Shown: positions 1 through 13,100 of the stretch, in pieces
Position numbering within the stretch: the first letter of the stretch is position 1
How the letters are laid out: the number at the start of each line of letters is the position of its first letter
NCBI GenBank assembly: GCA_964016885.1
Contig: OZ024747.1
Span: 35,216,001 to 35,280,000, forward strand
Direction: 5' to 3'
Length of the DNA stretch: 64,000 nt
DNA from: Eledone cirrhosa
Lineage: Eukaryota
Notes under the pieces: generated by a model
Told to the model about the DNA's origin: nothing
The model's input: only the letters and a program-made list of their open reading frames with translations
Databases searched by the model: none
Position numbers and translations under genes: made by a program

Positions 1-3000
1 ACTGTTACTGAAACACAAATAAATTAATGTCTTTGCTCCAGTATCACTGTTACTGCAACACAAATAAACTAATGTCATTGCTCCAGTATTACTGTTACTG
101 TAACACAAATAAACTAATGTCTTTGCTCCAGTATCACTATTACTGCAACACAAATAAACTAATGTCTTTGCTCCAGTATCACTGTTACTGGAACACAAAT
201 AAACTAATGTCATTGCTCCAGTATTACTATTACTGCAACACAAATAAATTAATGTCTTTCCTCCAGTATCACTGTTACTGCAACACAAATAAACTAATGT
301 CATTGCTCCAGTATTACTATTACTGCAACACAAATAAATTAATGTCTTTGCTCCAGTATCACTGTTACTGCAACACAAATAATCTAATGTCTTTGCTCCA
401 GTATCACTGTTACTGCAACACAAATAAACTAATGTCTTTACTCCAGTATCACTGTTACTGCAACACAAATAAACTAATGTCTTTGCTCTAGTATCACTGT
501 TTCTGCAACACAAATAAACTAATGTCTTTACTCCAGTATCACTATTACTAAAACACAAATAAACTAATGTTTTTACTCCAGTATCACTGTTACTGCAACA
601 CAAATAAACTAATGTCTTTACTCCAGTATCACTGTTACTGCAACACAAATAAACTAATGTCTTTACTCCAGTATCACTGTTACTGCAACACAAATAAACT
701 AATGTCTTTACTCCAGTATCACTATTACTGCAACACAAATAAACCAATGTCTTTGCTCCAGTATCACTATTACTAAAACACAAATAAACTAATGTATTTG
801 CTCCAGTATCACTGTTACTGCAACACAAATAAACTAATGTCTTTGCTCCAGTATCACTATTACTAAAACACAAATAAACTAATGTATTTGCTCCAGTATC
901 ACTGTTACTGCAACACAAATAAATTAATGTCTTTCCTCCAGTATCACTGTTACTGCAGCACAAATAAACTAATGTCTTTACTCCAGTATCACTGTTACTG
1001 CAACACAAATAAACTAATGTCTTTACTCCAGTATCACTGTTACTGCAACACAAATAAACTAATGTCTTTGCTCCAGTATCACAGTTACTGCAGCACGAAT
1101 AAACTAATGTATTTACTCCAGTATCACTATTACGGCAACACAAATAAACTAAGGTCTTTGCTCCAGTATCACTGTTACTGCAGCTCAAATAAACTAATGT
1201 CTTTGCTCCAGTATCACTGTTATTGCAACACAAATAAACTAATGTCTTTGCTCCAGTATCACTGTTACTGCAACAAAAATAAACTCATGTCTTTACTCCA
1301 GTATCACTGTTACTGCAACACAAATAAACTAATGTCTTTACTCCAGTATCACTTTTTACTGCAACACAAATAAACTAATGTCTTTGCTCCAGAATCACTA
1401 TTACTAAAACACAAATAAACTAATGTCATTTCTCCAGTATCACTGTTACTGCAACACAAATAAACTAATGTCTTTGCTCCAGTATCACTGTTACTGCAAC
1501 ACAAATAAACTAATGTCTTTGCTCCAGTATCACTGTTACTGCAACACAAAAATCTAATGTCTTTACTCCAGTATCACTGTTACTGCAACACAAATAAACT
1601 AATGTCTTTGCTCCAGTATCACTATTACTAAAACACAAATAAACTAATGTCATTGCTCCAGTATCACTGTTACTGCAACACAAATAAACTAATGTCATTG
1701 CTCCAGTATCACTGTTACTGCAACACAAATAAACTAATGTCTTTGCTCCAGTATCACTATTACTAAAACACAAATATAATAATGTCATTGCTCCAGTATC
1801 ACTGTTACTGCAACACAAATAAACTAATGTCTTTGCTCCAGTATCACTGTTACTGCAACACAAATAAACTAATGTCATTGCTCCAGTATCACTGTTACTG
1901 CAACACAAATAAACTAATGTCTTTGCTCCAGTATCACTGTTACTGCAACACAAATAAACTAATGTCATTGCTCCAGTATCACTGTTACTGCAACACAAAT
2001 AAACTAATGTCTTTGCTCCAGTATCACTATTACTAAAACACAAATAAACTAATGTCATTGCTCCAGTATCACTGTTACTGCAACACAAATAAACTAATGT
2101 CTTTGCTCCAGTATCACTGTTACTGCAACACAAATAAACTAATGTCTTTGCTCCAGTATCACTGTTACTGCAACACAAAAAATCTAATGTCTTTACTCCA
2201 GTATCACTGTTACTGCAACACAAATAAACTAATGTCTTTGCTCCAGTATCACTATTACTAAAACACAAATAAACTAATGTCATTGGTCCAGTATCACTGT
2301 TACTGCAACACAAATAAACTAATGTCGTTGCTCCAGTATCACTGTTACTGCAACACAAATAAACTAATGTCATTGCTCCAGTATCACTGTTACTGCAACA
2401 CAAATAAACTAATGTCATTGCTCCAGTATCACTGTTACTGCAACACAAATAAACTAATGTCATTGCTCCAGTATCACTGTTACTGCAACACAAATAAACT
2501 AATGTCATTGCTCCAGTATCACTGTTACTGCAACACAAATAAACTAATGTCTTTGCTCCAGTATCACTATTAGTGCAACACAAATAAACTAATGTCTTTA
2601 CTCCAGTATCACTGTTACTGCAACACAAATAAACTAATGGCTTTGCTCCAGTATCACTGTTACTGCAACACAAATAAAATAATGTCTTTGCTCCAGTATC
2701 ACTATTACTGCAACACAAATAAGCTAATGTCTTTACTCCAGTATCACTGTTACTGCAACACAAATAAACTAATGTCTTTACTCCAGTATCACTATTACTG
2801 CAACACAAATAAACTAATGTCTTTGCTCCAGTATCATTATTACTAAAACACAAATAAACTAATGTATTTGCTCCAGTATCACTGTTACTGCAACACAAAT
2901 AAACTAATGTCTTTGCTCCAGTATCACTATTACTAAAACACAAATAAACTAATGTATTTGCTCCAGTATCACTGTTACTGCAACACAAATAAATTAATGT

Positions 3001-3129
3001 CTTTCCTCCAGTATCACTGTTACTGCAGCACAAATAAACTAATGTCTTTACTCCAGTATCACTGTTACTGCAACACAAATAAACTAATGTCTTTACTCCA
3101 GTATCACTGTTACTGCAACACAAATAAAC

Positions 3130-6100
3130 TAATGTCTTTGCCCCAGTATCACTGTTACTGCAGCACGAATAAACTAATGTATTTACTCCAGTATCACTGT
3201 TACTGCAGCACAAATAAACTATTGTCTTTGCTCCAATATCACTGTTACTGCAACAAAAATAAACTCATGTCTTTACTCCAGTATCACTGTTACTGCAACA
3301 CAAATAAACTAATGTCTTTACTCCAGTATCACTGTTACTGCAACACAAATAAACTAATGTCTTTGCTCCAGTATCACTATTACTAAAACACAAATAAACT
3401 AATGTCATTGCTCCAGTATCACTGTTACTGCAACACAAATAAACTAATGTCTTTGCTCCAGTATCACTGTTACTGCAACACAAATAAACTAATGTCTTTG
3501 CTCCAGTATCACTGTTACTGCAACACAAATAAACTAATGTCTTTACTCCAGTATCACTGTTACTGCAACACAAATAAACTAATGTCTTTGCTCCAGTATC
3601 ACTATTACTAAAACACAAATAAACTAATGTCATTGCTCCAGTATCACTGTTACTGCAACACAAATAAACTAATGTCTTTGCTCCAGTATCAATGTTACTG
3701 CAACACAAATAAACTAATGTCATTGCTCCAGTATCACTGTTACTGCAACACAAATAAACTGATGTCATTGCTCCAGTATCACTGTTACTGCAACACAAAT
3801 AAACTAATGTCTTTGCTCCAGTATCACTATTACTGCAACACAAATAAACTAATGTCATTGCTCCAGTATCACTGTTACTGCAACACAAATAAACTAATGT
3901 CATTGCTCCAGTATTACTGTTACTGCAACACAAATAGACTAATGTCATTGCTCCAGTATCACTGTTACTGCAACACAAATAAACTAATGTCATTGCTCCA
4001 GTATCACTGTTACTGCAACACAAATAAACTAATGTCATTGCTCCAGTATCACTGTTACTGCAACACAAATAAACTAATGGCTTTGCTCCAGTATCACAGT
4101 TACTGCAACACAAATAAACTAATGTCTTTGCTCCAGTATCACTATTACTGCAACACAAATAAGCTAATGTCTTTACTCCAGTATCACTGTTACTGCAACA
4201 CAAATAAACTAATGGCTTTGCTCCAGTATCACTGTTTCTGCAACATAAATAAACTAATGTCTTTACTCCAGTATCACTGTTACTGCAACACAGATAAACT
4301 AATGTCGTTGCTCCAGTATCACTGTTACTGAAACACAAATAAACTAATGTCTTTGCTCCAGTATCACTGTTACTGCAACACAAATAAACTAATGTCTTTA
4401 CTCCAGTATCACTATTACTAAAACACAAATAAACTAATGTCATTGCTCCAGTATCACTGGTACTGCAACACAAATAAACTAATGTCTTTACTCCAGTATC
4501 ACTATTACTAAAACACAAATAAACTAATGTCTTTACTCCAGTATCACTATTACTGCAACACAAATAAACTAATGTCTTTACTCCAGTATCACTGTTACTG
4601 CAACACAAATAAACTAATGTCTTTACTCCAGTATCACTGTTACTGCAACACAAATAAACTAATGTCTTTACTCCAGTATCACTATTACTGCAACACAAAT
4701 AAACTAATGTCTTTGCTCCAGTATCACTATTACTAAAACACAAATAAACTAATGTATTTGCTCCAGTATCACTGTTACTGCAACACAAATAAACTAATGT
4801 CTTTGCTCCAGTATCACTATTACTAAAACACAAATAAACTAATGTATTTGCTCCAGTATCACTGTTACTGCAACACAAATAAATTAATGTCTTTCCTCCA
4901 GTATCACTGTTAGTGCAGCACAAATAAACTAATGTCTTTACTCCAGTATCACTGTTACTGCAACACAAATAAACTAATGTCTTTGCCCCAGTATCACTGT
5001 TACTGCAGCACGAATAAACTAATGTATTTACTCCAGTATCACTGTTACTGCAGCACAAATAAACTATTGTCTTTGCTCCAATATCACTGTTACTGCAACA
5101 AAAATAAACTCATGTCTTTACTCCAGTATCACTGTTACTGCAACACAAATAAACTAATGTCTTTACTCCAGTATCACTGTTACTGCAACACAAATAAACT
5201 AATGTCTTTGCTCCAGTATCACTATTACTAAAACACAAATAAACTAATGTCATTGCTCCAGTATCACTGTTACTGCAACACAAATAAACTAATGTCTTTG
5301 CTCCAGTATCACTGTTACTGCAACACAAATAAACTAATGTCTTTGCTCCAGTATCACTGTTACTGCAACACAAATAAACTAATGTCTTTACTCCAGTATC
5401 ACTGTTACTGCAACACAAATAAACTAATGTCTTTGCTCCAGTATCACTATTACTAAAACACAAATAAACTAATGTCATTGCTCCAGTATCACTGTTACTG
5501 CAACACAAATAAACTAATGTCTTTGCTCCAGTATCACTGTTACTGCAACACAAATAAACTAATGTCATTGCTCCAGTATCACTGTTACTGCAACACAAAT
5601 AAACTGATGTCATTGCTCCAGTATCACTGTTACTGCAACACAAATAAACTAATGTCTTTGCTCCAGTATCACTATTACTGCAACACAAATAAACTAATGT
5701 CATTGCTCCAGTATCACTGTTACTGCAACACAAATAAACTAATGTCATTGCTCCAGTATTACTGTTACTGCGACACAAATAGACTAATGTCATTGCTCCA
5801 GTATCACTGTTACTGCAACACAAATAAACTAATGTCATTGCTCCAGTATCACTGTTACTGCAACACAAATAAACTAATGTCATTGCTCCAGTATCACTGT
5901 TACTGCAACACAAATAAACTAATGGCTTTGCTCCAGTATCACAGTTACTGCAACACAAATAAACTAATGTCTTTGCTCCAGTATCACTATTACTGCAACA
6001 CAAATAAGCTAATGTCTTTACTCCAGTATGACTGTTACTGCAACACAAATAAACTAATGGCTTTGCTCCAGTATCACTGTTTCTGCAACATAAATAAACT

Positions 6101-7130
6101 AATGTCTTTACTCCAGTATCACTGTTACTGCAACACAGATAAACTAATGTCGTTGCTCCAGTATCACTGTTACTGAAACACAAATAAACTAATGTCTTTG
6201 CTCCAGTATCACTGTTACTGCAACACAAATAAACTAATGTCTTTACTCCAGTATCACTATTACTAAAACACAAATAAACTAATGTCATTGCTCCAGTATC
6301 ACTGGTACTGCAACACAAATAAACTAATGTCTTTACTCCAGTATGACTATTACTAAAACACAAATAAACTAATGTCTTTACTCCAGTATCACTATTACTG
6401 CAACACAAATAAACTAATGTCTTTACTCCAGTATCACTGTTACTGCAACACAAATAAACTAATGTCTTTACTCCAGTATCACTGTTACTGCAACACAAAT
6501 AAACTAATGTCTTTACTCCAGTATCACTATTACTGCAACACAAATAAACTAATGTCTTTGCTCCAGTATCACTATTACTAAAACACAAATAAACTAATGC
6601 ATTTGCTCCAGTATCACTGTTACTGCAACACAAATAAACTAATGTCTTTGCTCCAGTATCACTATTACTAAAACACAAATAAACTAATGTATTTGCTCCA
6701 GTATCACTGTTACTGCAACACAAATAAATTAATGTCTTTCCTCCAGTATCACTGTTAGTGCAGCACAAATAAACTAATGTCTTTACTCCAGTATCACTGT
6801 TACTGCAACACAAATAAACTAATGTCTTTACTCCAGTATCACTGTTACTGCAACACAAATAAACTAATGTCTTTGCCCCAGTATCACTGTTACTGCAGCA
6901 CGAATAAACTAATGTATTTACTCCAGTATCACTGTTACTGCAGAACAAATAAACTATTGTCTTTGCTCCAATATCACTGTTACTGCGACAAAAATAAACT
7001 CATGTCTTTACTCCAGTATCACTGTTACTGCAACACAAATAAACTAATGTCTTTACTCCAGTATCACTGTTACTGCAACACAAATAAACTAATGTCTTTG
7101 CTCCAGTATCACTATTACTAAAACACAAAT
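3130..7130. repeat. 41/42-monomer higher-order repeat (offsets 1845 and 1890 bp)
   Basis: ORF pairs 3265/5110, 3402/5247, 3627/5472 and 4527/6372 are offset by 1845 = 41 x 45, and 5110/7000 by 1890 = 42 x 45. The order of rare variants is the same in each copy. Confidence 0.85.
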
Positions 7131-10100
7131 AAACTAATGTCATTGCTCCAGTATCACTGTTACTGCAACACAAATAAACTAATGTCTTTGCTCCAGTATC
7201 ACTGTTACTGCAACACAAATAAACTAATGTCATTGCTCCAGTATCACTGTTACTGCAACACAAATAAACTGATGTCATTGCTCCAGTATCACTGTTACTG
7301 CAACACAAATAAACTAATGTCTTTGCTCCAGTATCACTATTACTGCAACACAAATAAACTAATGTCATTGCTCCAGTATCACTGTTACTGCAACACAAAT
7401 AAACTAATGTCATTGCTCCAGTATTACTGTTACTGCAACACAAATAGACTAATGTCATTGCTCCAGTATCACTGTTAATGCAACACAAATAAACTAATGT
7501 CATTGCTCCAGTATCACTGTTACTGCAACACAAATAAACTAATGTCATTGCGCCAGTATCACTGTTACTGCAACACAAATAAACTAATGGCTTTGCTCCA
7601 GTATCACAGGTACTGCAACACAAATAAACTAATGTCTTTGCTCCAGTATCACTATTACTGCAACACAAATAAGCTAATGTCTTTACTCCAGTATCACTGT
7701 TACTGCAACACAAATAAACTAATGGCTTTGCTCCAGTATCACTGTTTCTGCAACATAAATAAACTAATGTCTTTACTCCAGTATCACTGTTACTGCAACA
7801 CAGATAAACTAATGTCGTTGCTCCAGTATCACTGTTACTGAAACACAAATAACTAATGTCTTTGCTCCAGTATCACTGTTACTGCAACACAAATAAACTA
7901 ATGTCTTTACTCCAGTATCACTATTACTAAAACACAAATAAACTAATGTCATTGCTCCAGTATCACTGGTACTGCAACACAAATAAACTAATGTCTTTAC
8001 TCCAGTATCACTATTACTAAAACACAAATAAACTAATGTCTTTACTCCAGTATCACTATTACTGCAACACAAATAAACTAATGTCTTTACTCCAGTATCA
8101 CTGTTACTGCAACACAAATAAACTAATGTCTTTACTCCAGTATCACTGTTACTGCAACACAAATAAACTAATGTCTTTACTCCAGTATCACTATTACTGC
8201 AACACAAATAAACTAATGTCTTTGCTCCAGTATCACTATTACTAAAACACAAATAAACTAATGTATTTGCTCCAGTATCACTGTTACTGCAACCTAAATA
8301 AACTAATGTCTTTGCTCCAGTATCACTATTACTAAAACACAAATAAACTAATGTATTTGCTCCAGTATCACTGTTACTGCAACACAAATAAATTAATGTC
8401 TTTCCTCCAGTATCACTGTTAGTGCAGCACAAATAAACTAATGTCTTTACTCCAGTATCACTGTTACTGCAACACAAATAAACTAATGTCTTTACTCCAG
8501 TATCACTGTTACTGCAACACAAATAAACTAATGTCTTTGCCCCAGTATCACTGTTACTGCAGCACGAATAAACTAATGTATTTACTCCAGTATCACTGTT
8601 ACTGCAGCACAAATAAACTATTGTCTTTGCTCCAATATCACTGTTACTGCAACAAAAATAAACTCATGTCTTTACTCCAGTATCACTGTTACTGCAACAC
8701 AAATAAACTAATGTCTTTACTCCAGTATCACTGTTACTGCAACACAAATAAACTAATGTCTTTGCTCCAGTATCACTATTACTAAAACACAAATAAACTA
8801 ATGTCATTGCTCCAGGATCACTGTTACTGCAACACAAATAAACTAATGTCTTTGCTCCAGTATCACTGTTACTGCAACACAAATAAACTAATGTCTTTGC
8901 TCCAGTATCACTGTTACTGCAACACAAATAAACTAATGTCTTTACTCCAGTATCACTGTTACTGCAACACAAATAAACTAATGTATTTGCTCCAGTATCA
9001 CTATTACTAAAACACAAATAAACTAATGTCATTGCTCCAGTATCACTGTTACTGCAACACAAATAAACTAATGTCTTTGCTCCAGTATCACTGTTACTGC
9101 AACACAAATAAACTAATGTCATTGCTCCAGTATCACTGTTACTGCAACACAAATAAACTAATGTCATTGCTCCAGTATCACTGTTACTGCAACACAAATA
9201 AACTAATGTCTTTGCTCCAGTATCACTATTACTGCAACACAAATAAACTAATGTCATTGCTCCAGTATCACTGTTACTGCAACACAAATAAACTAATGTC
9301 TTTACTCCAGTATCACTGTTACTGCAACACAAATAAACTAATGTCTTTACTCCAGTATCACTATTACTGCAACACAAATAAACTAATGTCTTTACTCCAG
9401 TATCACTGTTACTGCCACACAAATAAACTAATGTCTTTACTCCAGTATCACTATTACTGCAACACAAATAAACTAATGTCTTTGCTCCAGTATCACTATT
9501 ACTGCAACACAAATAAGCTAATGTCTTTACTCCAGTATCACTGTTACTGCAACACAAATAAACTAATGGCTTTGCTCCAGTATCACTGTTTCTGCAACAT
9601 AAATAAACTAATGTCTTTACTCCAGTATCACTGTTACTGCAACACAAATAAACTAATGTCGTTGCTCCAGTATCACTGTTACTGAAACACAAATAAACTA
9701 ATGTCTTTGCTCCAGTATCACTGTTACTGCAACACAAATAAACTAATGTCTTTACTCCAGTATCACTATTACTAAAACACAAATAAACTAATGTCATTGC
9801 TCCAGTATCACTGTTACTGCAACACAAATAAACTAATGTCTTTACTCCAGTATCACTATTACTAAAACACAAATAAACTAATGTCTTTACTCCAGTATCA
9901 CTATTACTGCAACACAAATAAACTAATGTCTTTACTCCAGTCTCACTGTTACTGCAACACAAATAAACTAATGTCTTTACTCCAGTATCACTGTTACTGC
10001 AACACAAATAAACTAATATCTTTACTCCAGTATCACTATTACTGCAACACAAATAAACTAATGTCTTTGCTCCAGTATCACTATTACTAAAACACAAATA

Positions 10101-13100
10101 AACTAATGTATTTGCTCCAGTATCACTGTTACTGCAACACAAATAAACTAATGTCTTTGCTCCAGTATCACTATTACTAAAACACAAATAAACTAATGTA
10201 TTTGCTCCAGTATCACTGTTACTGCAACACAAATAAATTAATGTCTTTCCTCCAGTATCACTGTTACTGCAGCACAAATAAACTAATGTCTTTACTCCAG
10301 TATCACTGTTACTGCAACACAAATAAACTAATGTCTTTACTCCAGTATCACTGTTACTGCAACACAAATAAACTAATGTCATTGCTCCAGTATTACTGTT
10401 ACTGCGACACAAATAGACTAATGTCATTGCTCCAGTATCACTGTTACTGCAACACAAATAAACTAATGTCATTGCTCCAGTATCACTGTTACTGCAACAC
10501 AAATAAACTAATGTCATTGCTCCAGTATCACTGTTACTGCAACACAAATAAACTAATGGCTTTGCTCCAGTATCACAGTTACTGCAACACAAATAAACTA
10601 ATGTCTTTGCTCCAGTATCACTATTACTGCAACACAAATAAGCTAATGTCTTTACTCCAGTATGACTGTTACTGCAACACAAATAAACTAATGGCTTTGC
10701 TCCAGTATCACTGTTTCTGCAACATAAATAAACTAATGTCTTTACTCCAGTATCACTGTTACTGCAACACAGATAAACTAATGTCGTTGCTCCAGTATCA
10801 CTGTTACTGAAACACAAATAAACTAATGTCTTTGCTCCAGTATCACTGTTACTGCAACACAAATAAACTAATGTCTTTACTCCAGTATCACTATTACTAA
10901 AACACAAATAAACTAATGTCATTGCTCCAGTATCACTGGTACTGCAACACAAATAAACTAATGTCTTTACTCCAGTATGACTATTACTAAAACACAAATA
11001 AACTAATGTCTTTACTCCAGTATCACTATTACTGCAACACAAATAAACTAATGTCTTTACTCCAGTATCACTGTTACTGCAACACAAATAAACTAATGTC
11101 TTTACTCCAGTATCACTGTTACTGCAACACAAATAAACTAATGTCTTTACTCCAGTATCACTATTACTGCAACACAAATAAACTAATGTCTTTGCTCCAG
11201 TATCACTATTACTAAAACACAAATAAACTAATGCATTTGCTCCAGTATCACTGTTACTGCAACACAAATAAACTAATGTCTTTGCTCCAGTATCACTATT
11301 ACTAAAACACAAATAAACTAATGTATTTGCTCCAGTATCACTGTTACTGCAACACAAATAAATTAATGTCTTTCCTCCAGTATCACTGTTAGTGCAGCAC
11401 AAATAAACTAATGTCTTTACTCCAGTATCACTGTTACTGCAACACAAATAAACTAATGTCTTTACTCCAGTATCACTGTTACTGCAACACAAATAAACTA
11501 ATGTCTTTGCCCCAGTATCACTGTTACTGCAGCACGAATAAACTAATGTATTTACTCCAGTATCACTGTTACTGCAGAACAAATAAACTATTGTCTTTGC
11601 TCCAATATCACTGTTACTGCGACAAAAATAAACTCATGTCTTTACTCCAGTATCACTGTTACTGCAACACAAATAAACTAATGTCTTTACTCCAGTATCA
11701 CTGTTACTGCAACACAAATAAACTAATGTCTTTGCTCCAGTATCACTATTACTAAAACACAAATAAACTAATGTCATTGCTCCAGTATCACTGTTACTGC
11801 AACACAAATAAACTAATGTCTTTGCTCCAGTATCACTGTTACTGCAACACAAATAAACTAATGTCATTGCTCCAGTATCACTGTTACTGCAACACAAATA
11901 AACTGATGTCATTGCTCCAGTATCACTGTTACTGCAACACAAATAAACTAATGTCTTTGCTCCAGTATCACTATTACTGCAACACAAATAAACTAATGTC
12001 ATTGCTCCAGTATCACTGTTACTGCAACACAAATAAACTAATGTCATTGCTCCAGTATTACTGTTACTGCAACACAAATAGACTAATGTCATTGCTCCAG
12101 TATCACTGTTAATGCAACACAAATAAACTAATGTCATTGCTCCAGTATCACTGTTACTGCAACACAAATAAACTAATGTCATTGCGCCAGTATCACTGTT
12201 ACTGCAACACAAATAAACTAATGGCTTTGCTCCAGTATCACAGGTACTGCAACACAAATAAACTAATGTCTTTGCTCCAGTATCACTATTACTGCAACAC
12301 AAATAAGCTAATGTCTTTACTCCAGTATCACTGTTACTGCAACACAAATAAACTAATGGCTTTGCTCCAGTATCACTGTTTCTGCAACATAAATAAACTA
12401 ATGTCTTTACTCCAGTATCACTGTTACTGCAACACAGATAAACTAATGTCGTTGCTCCAGTATCACTGTTACTGAAACACAAATAACTAATGTCTTTGCT
12501 CCAGTATCACTGTTACTGCAACACAAATAAACTAATGTCTTTACTCCAGTATCACTATTACTAAAACACAAATAAACTAATGTCATTGCTCCAGTATCAC
12601 TGGTACTGCAACACAAATAAACTAATGTCTTTACTCCAGTATCACTATTACTAAAACACAAATAAACTAATGTCTTTACTCCAGTATCACTATTACTGCA
12701 ACACAAATAAACTAATGTCTTTACTCCAGTATCACTGTTACTGCAACACAAATAAACTAATGTCTTTACTCCAGTATCACTGTTACTGCAACACAAATAA
12801 ACTAATGTCTTTACTCCAGTATCACTATTACTGCAACACAAATAAACTAATGTCTTTGCTCCAGTATCACTATTACTAAAACACAAATAAACTAATGTAT
12901 TTGCTCCAGTATCACTGTTACTGCAACCTAAATAAACTAATGTCTTTGCTCCAGTATCACTATTACTAAAACACAAATAAACTAATGTATTTGCTCCAGT
13001 ATCACTGTTACTGCAACACAAATAAATTAATGTCTTTCCTCCAGTATCACTGTTAGTGCAGCACAAATAAACTAATGTCTTTACTCCAGTATCACTGTTA

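Noticed and set aside
1541-1560. Single 1-bp deletion in an A-run as a biological event
   Set aside because: The same variant monomer at about 2170 has one more A and normal length, so a homopolymer consensus error is equally likely.
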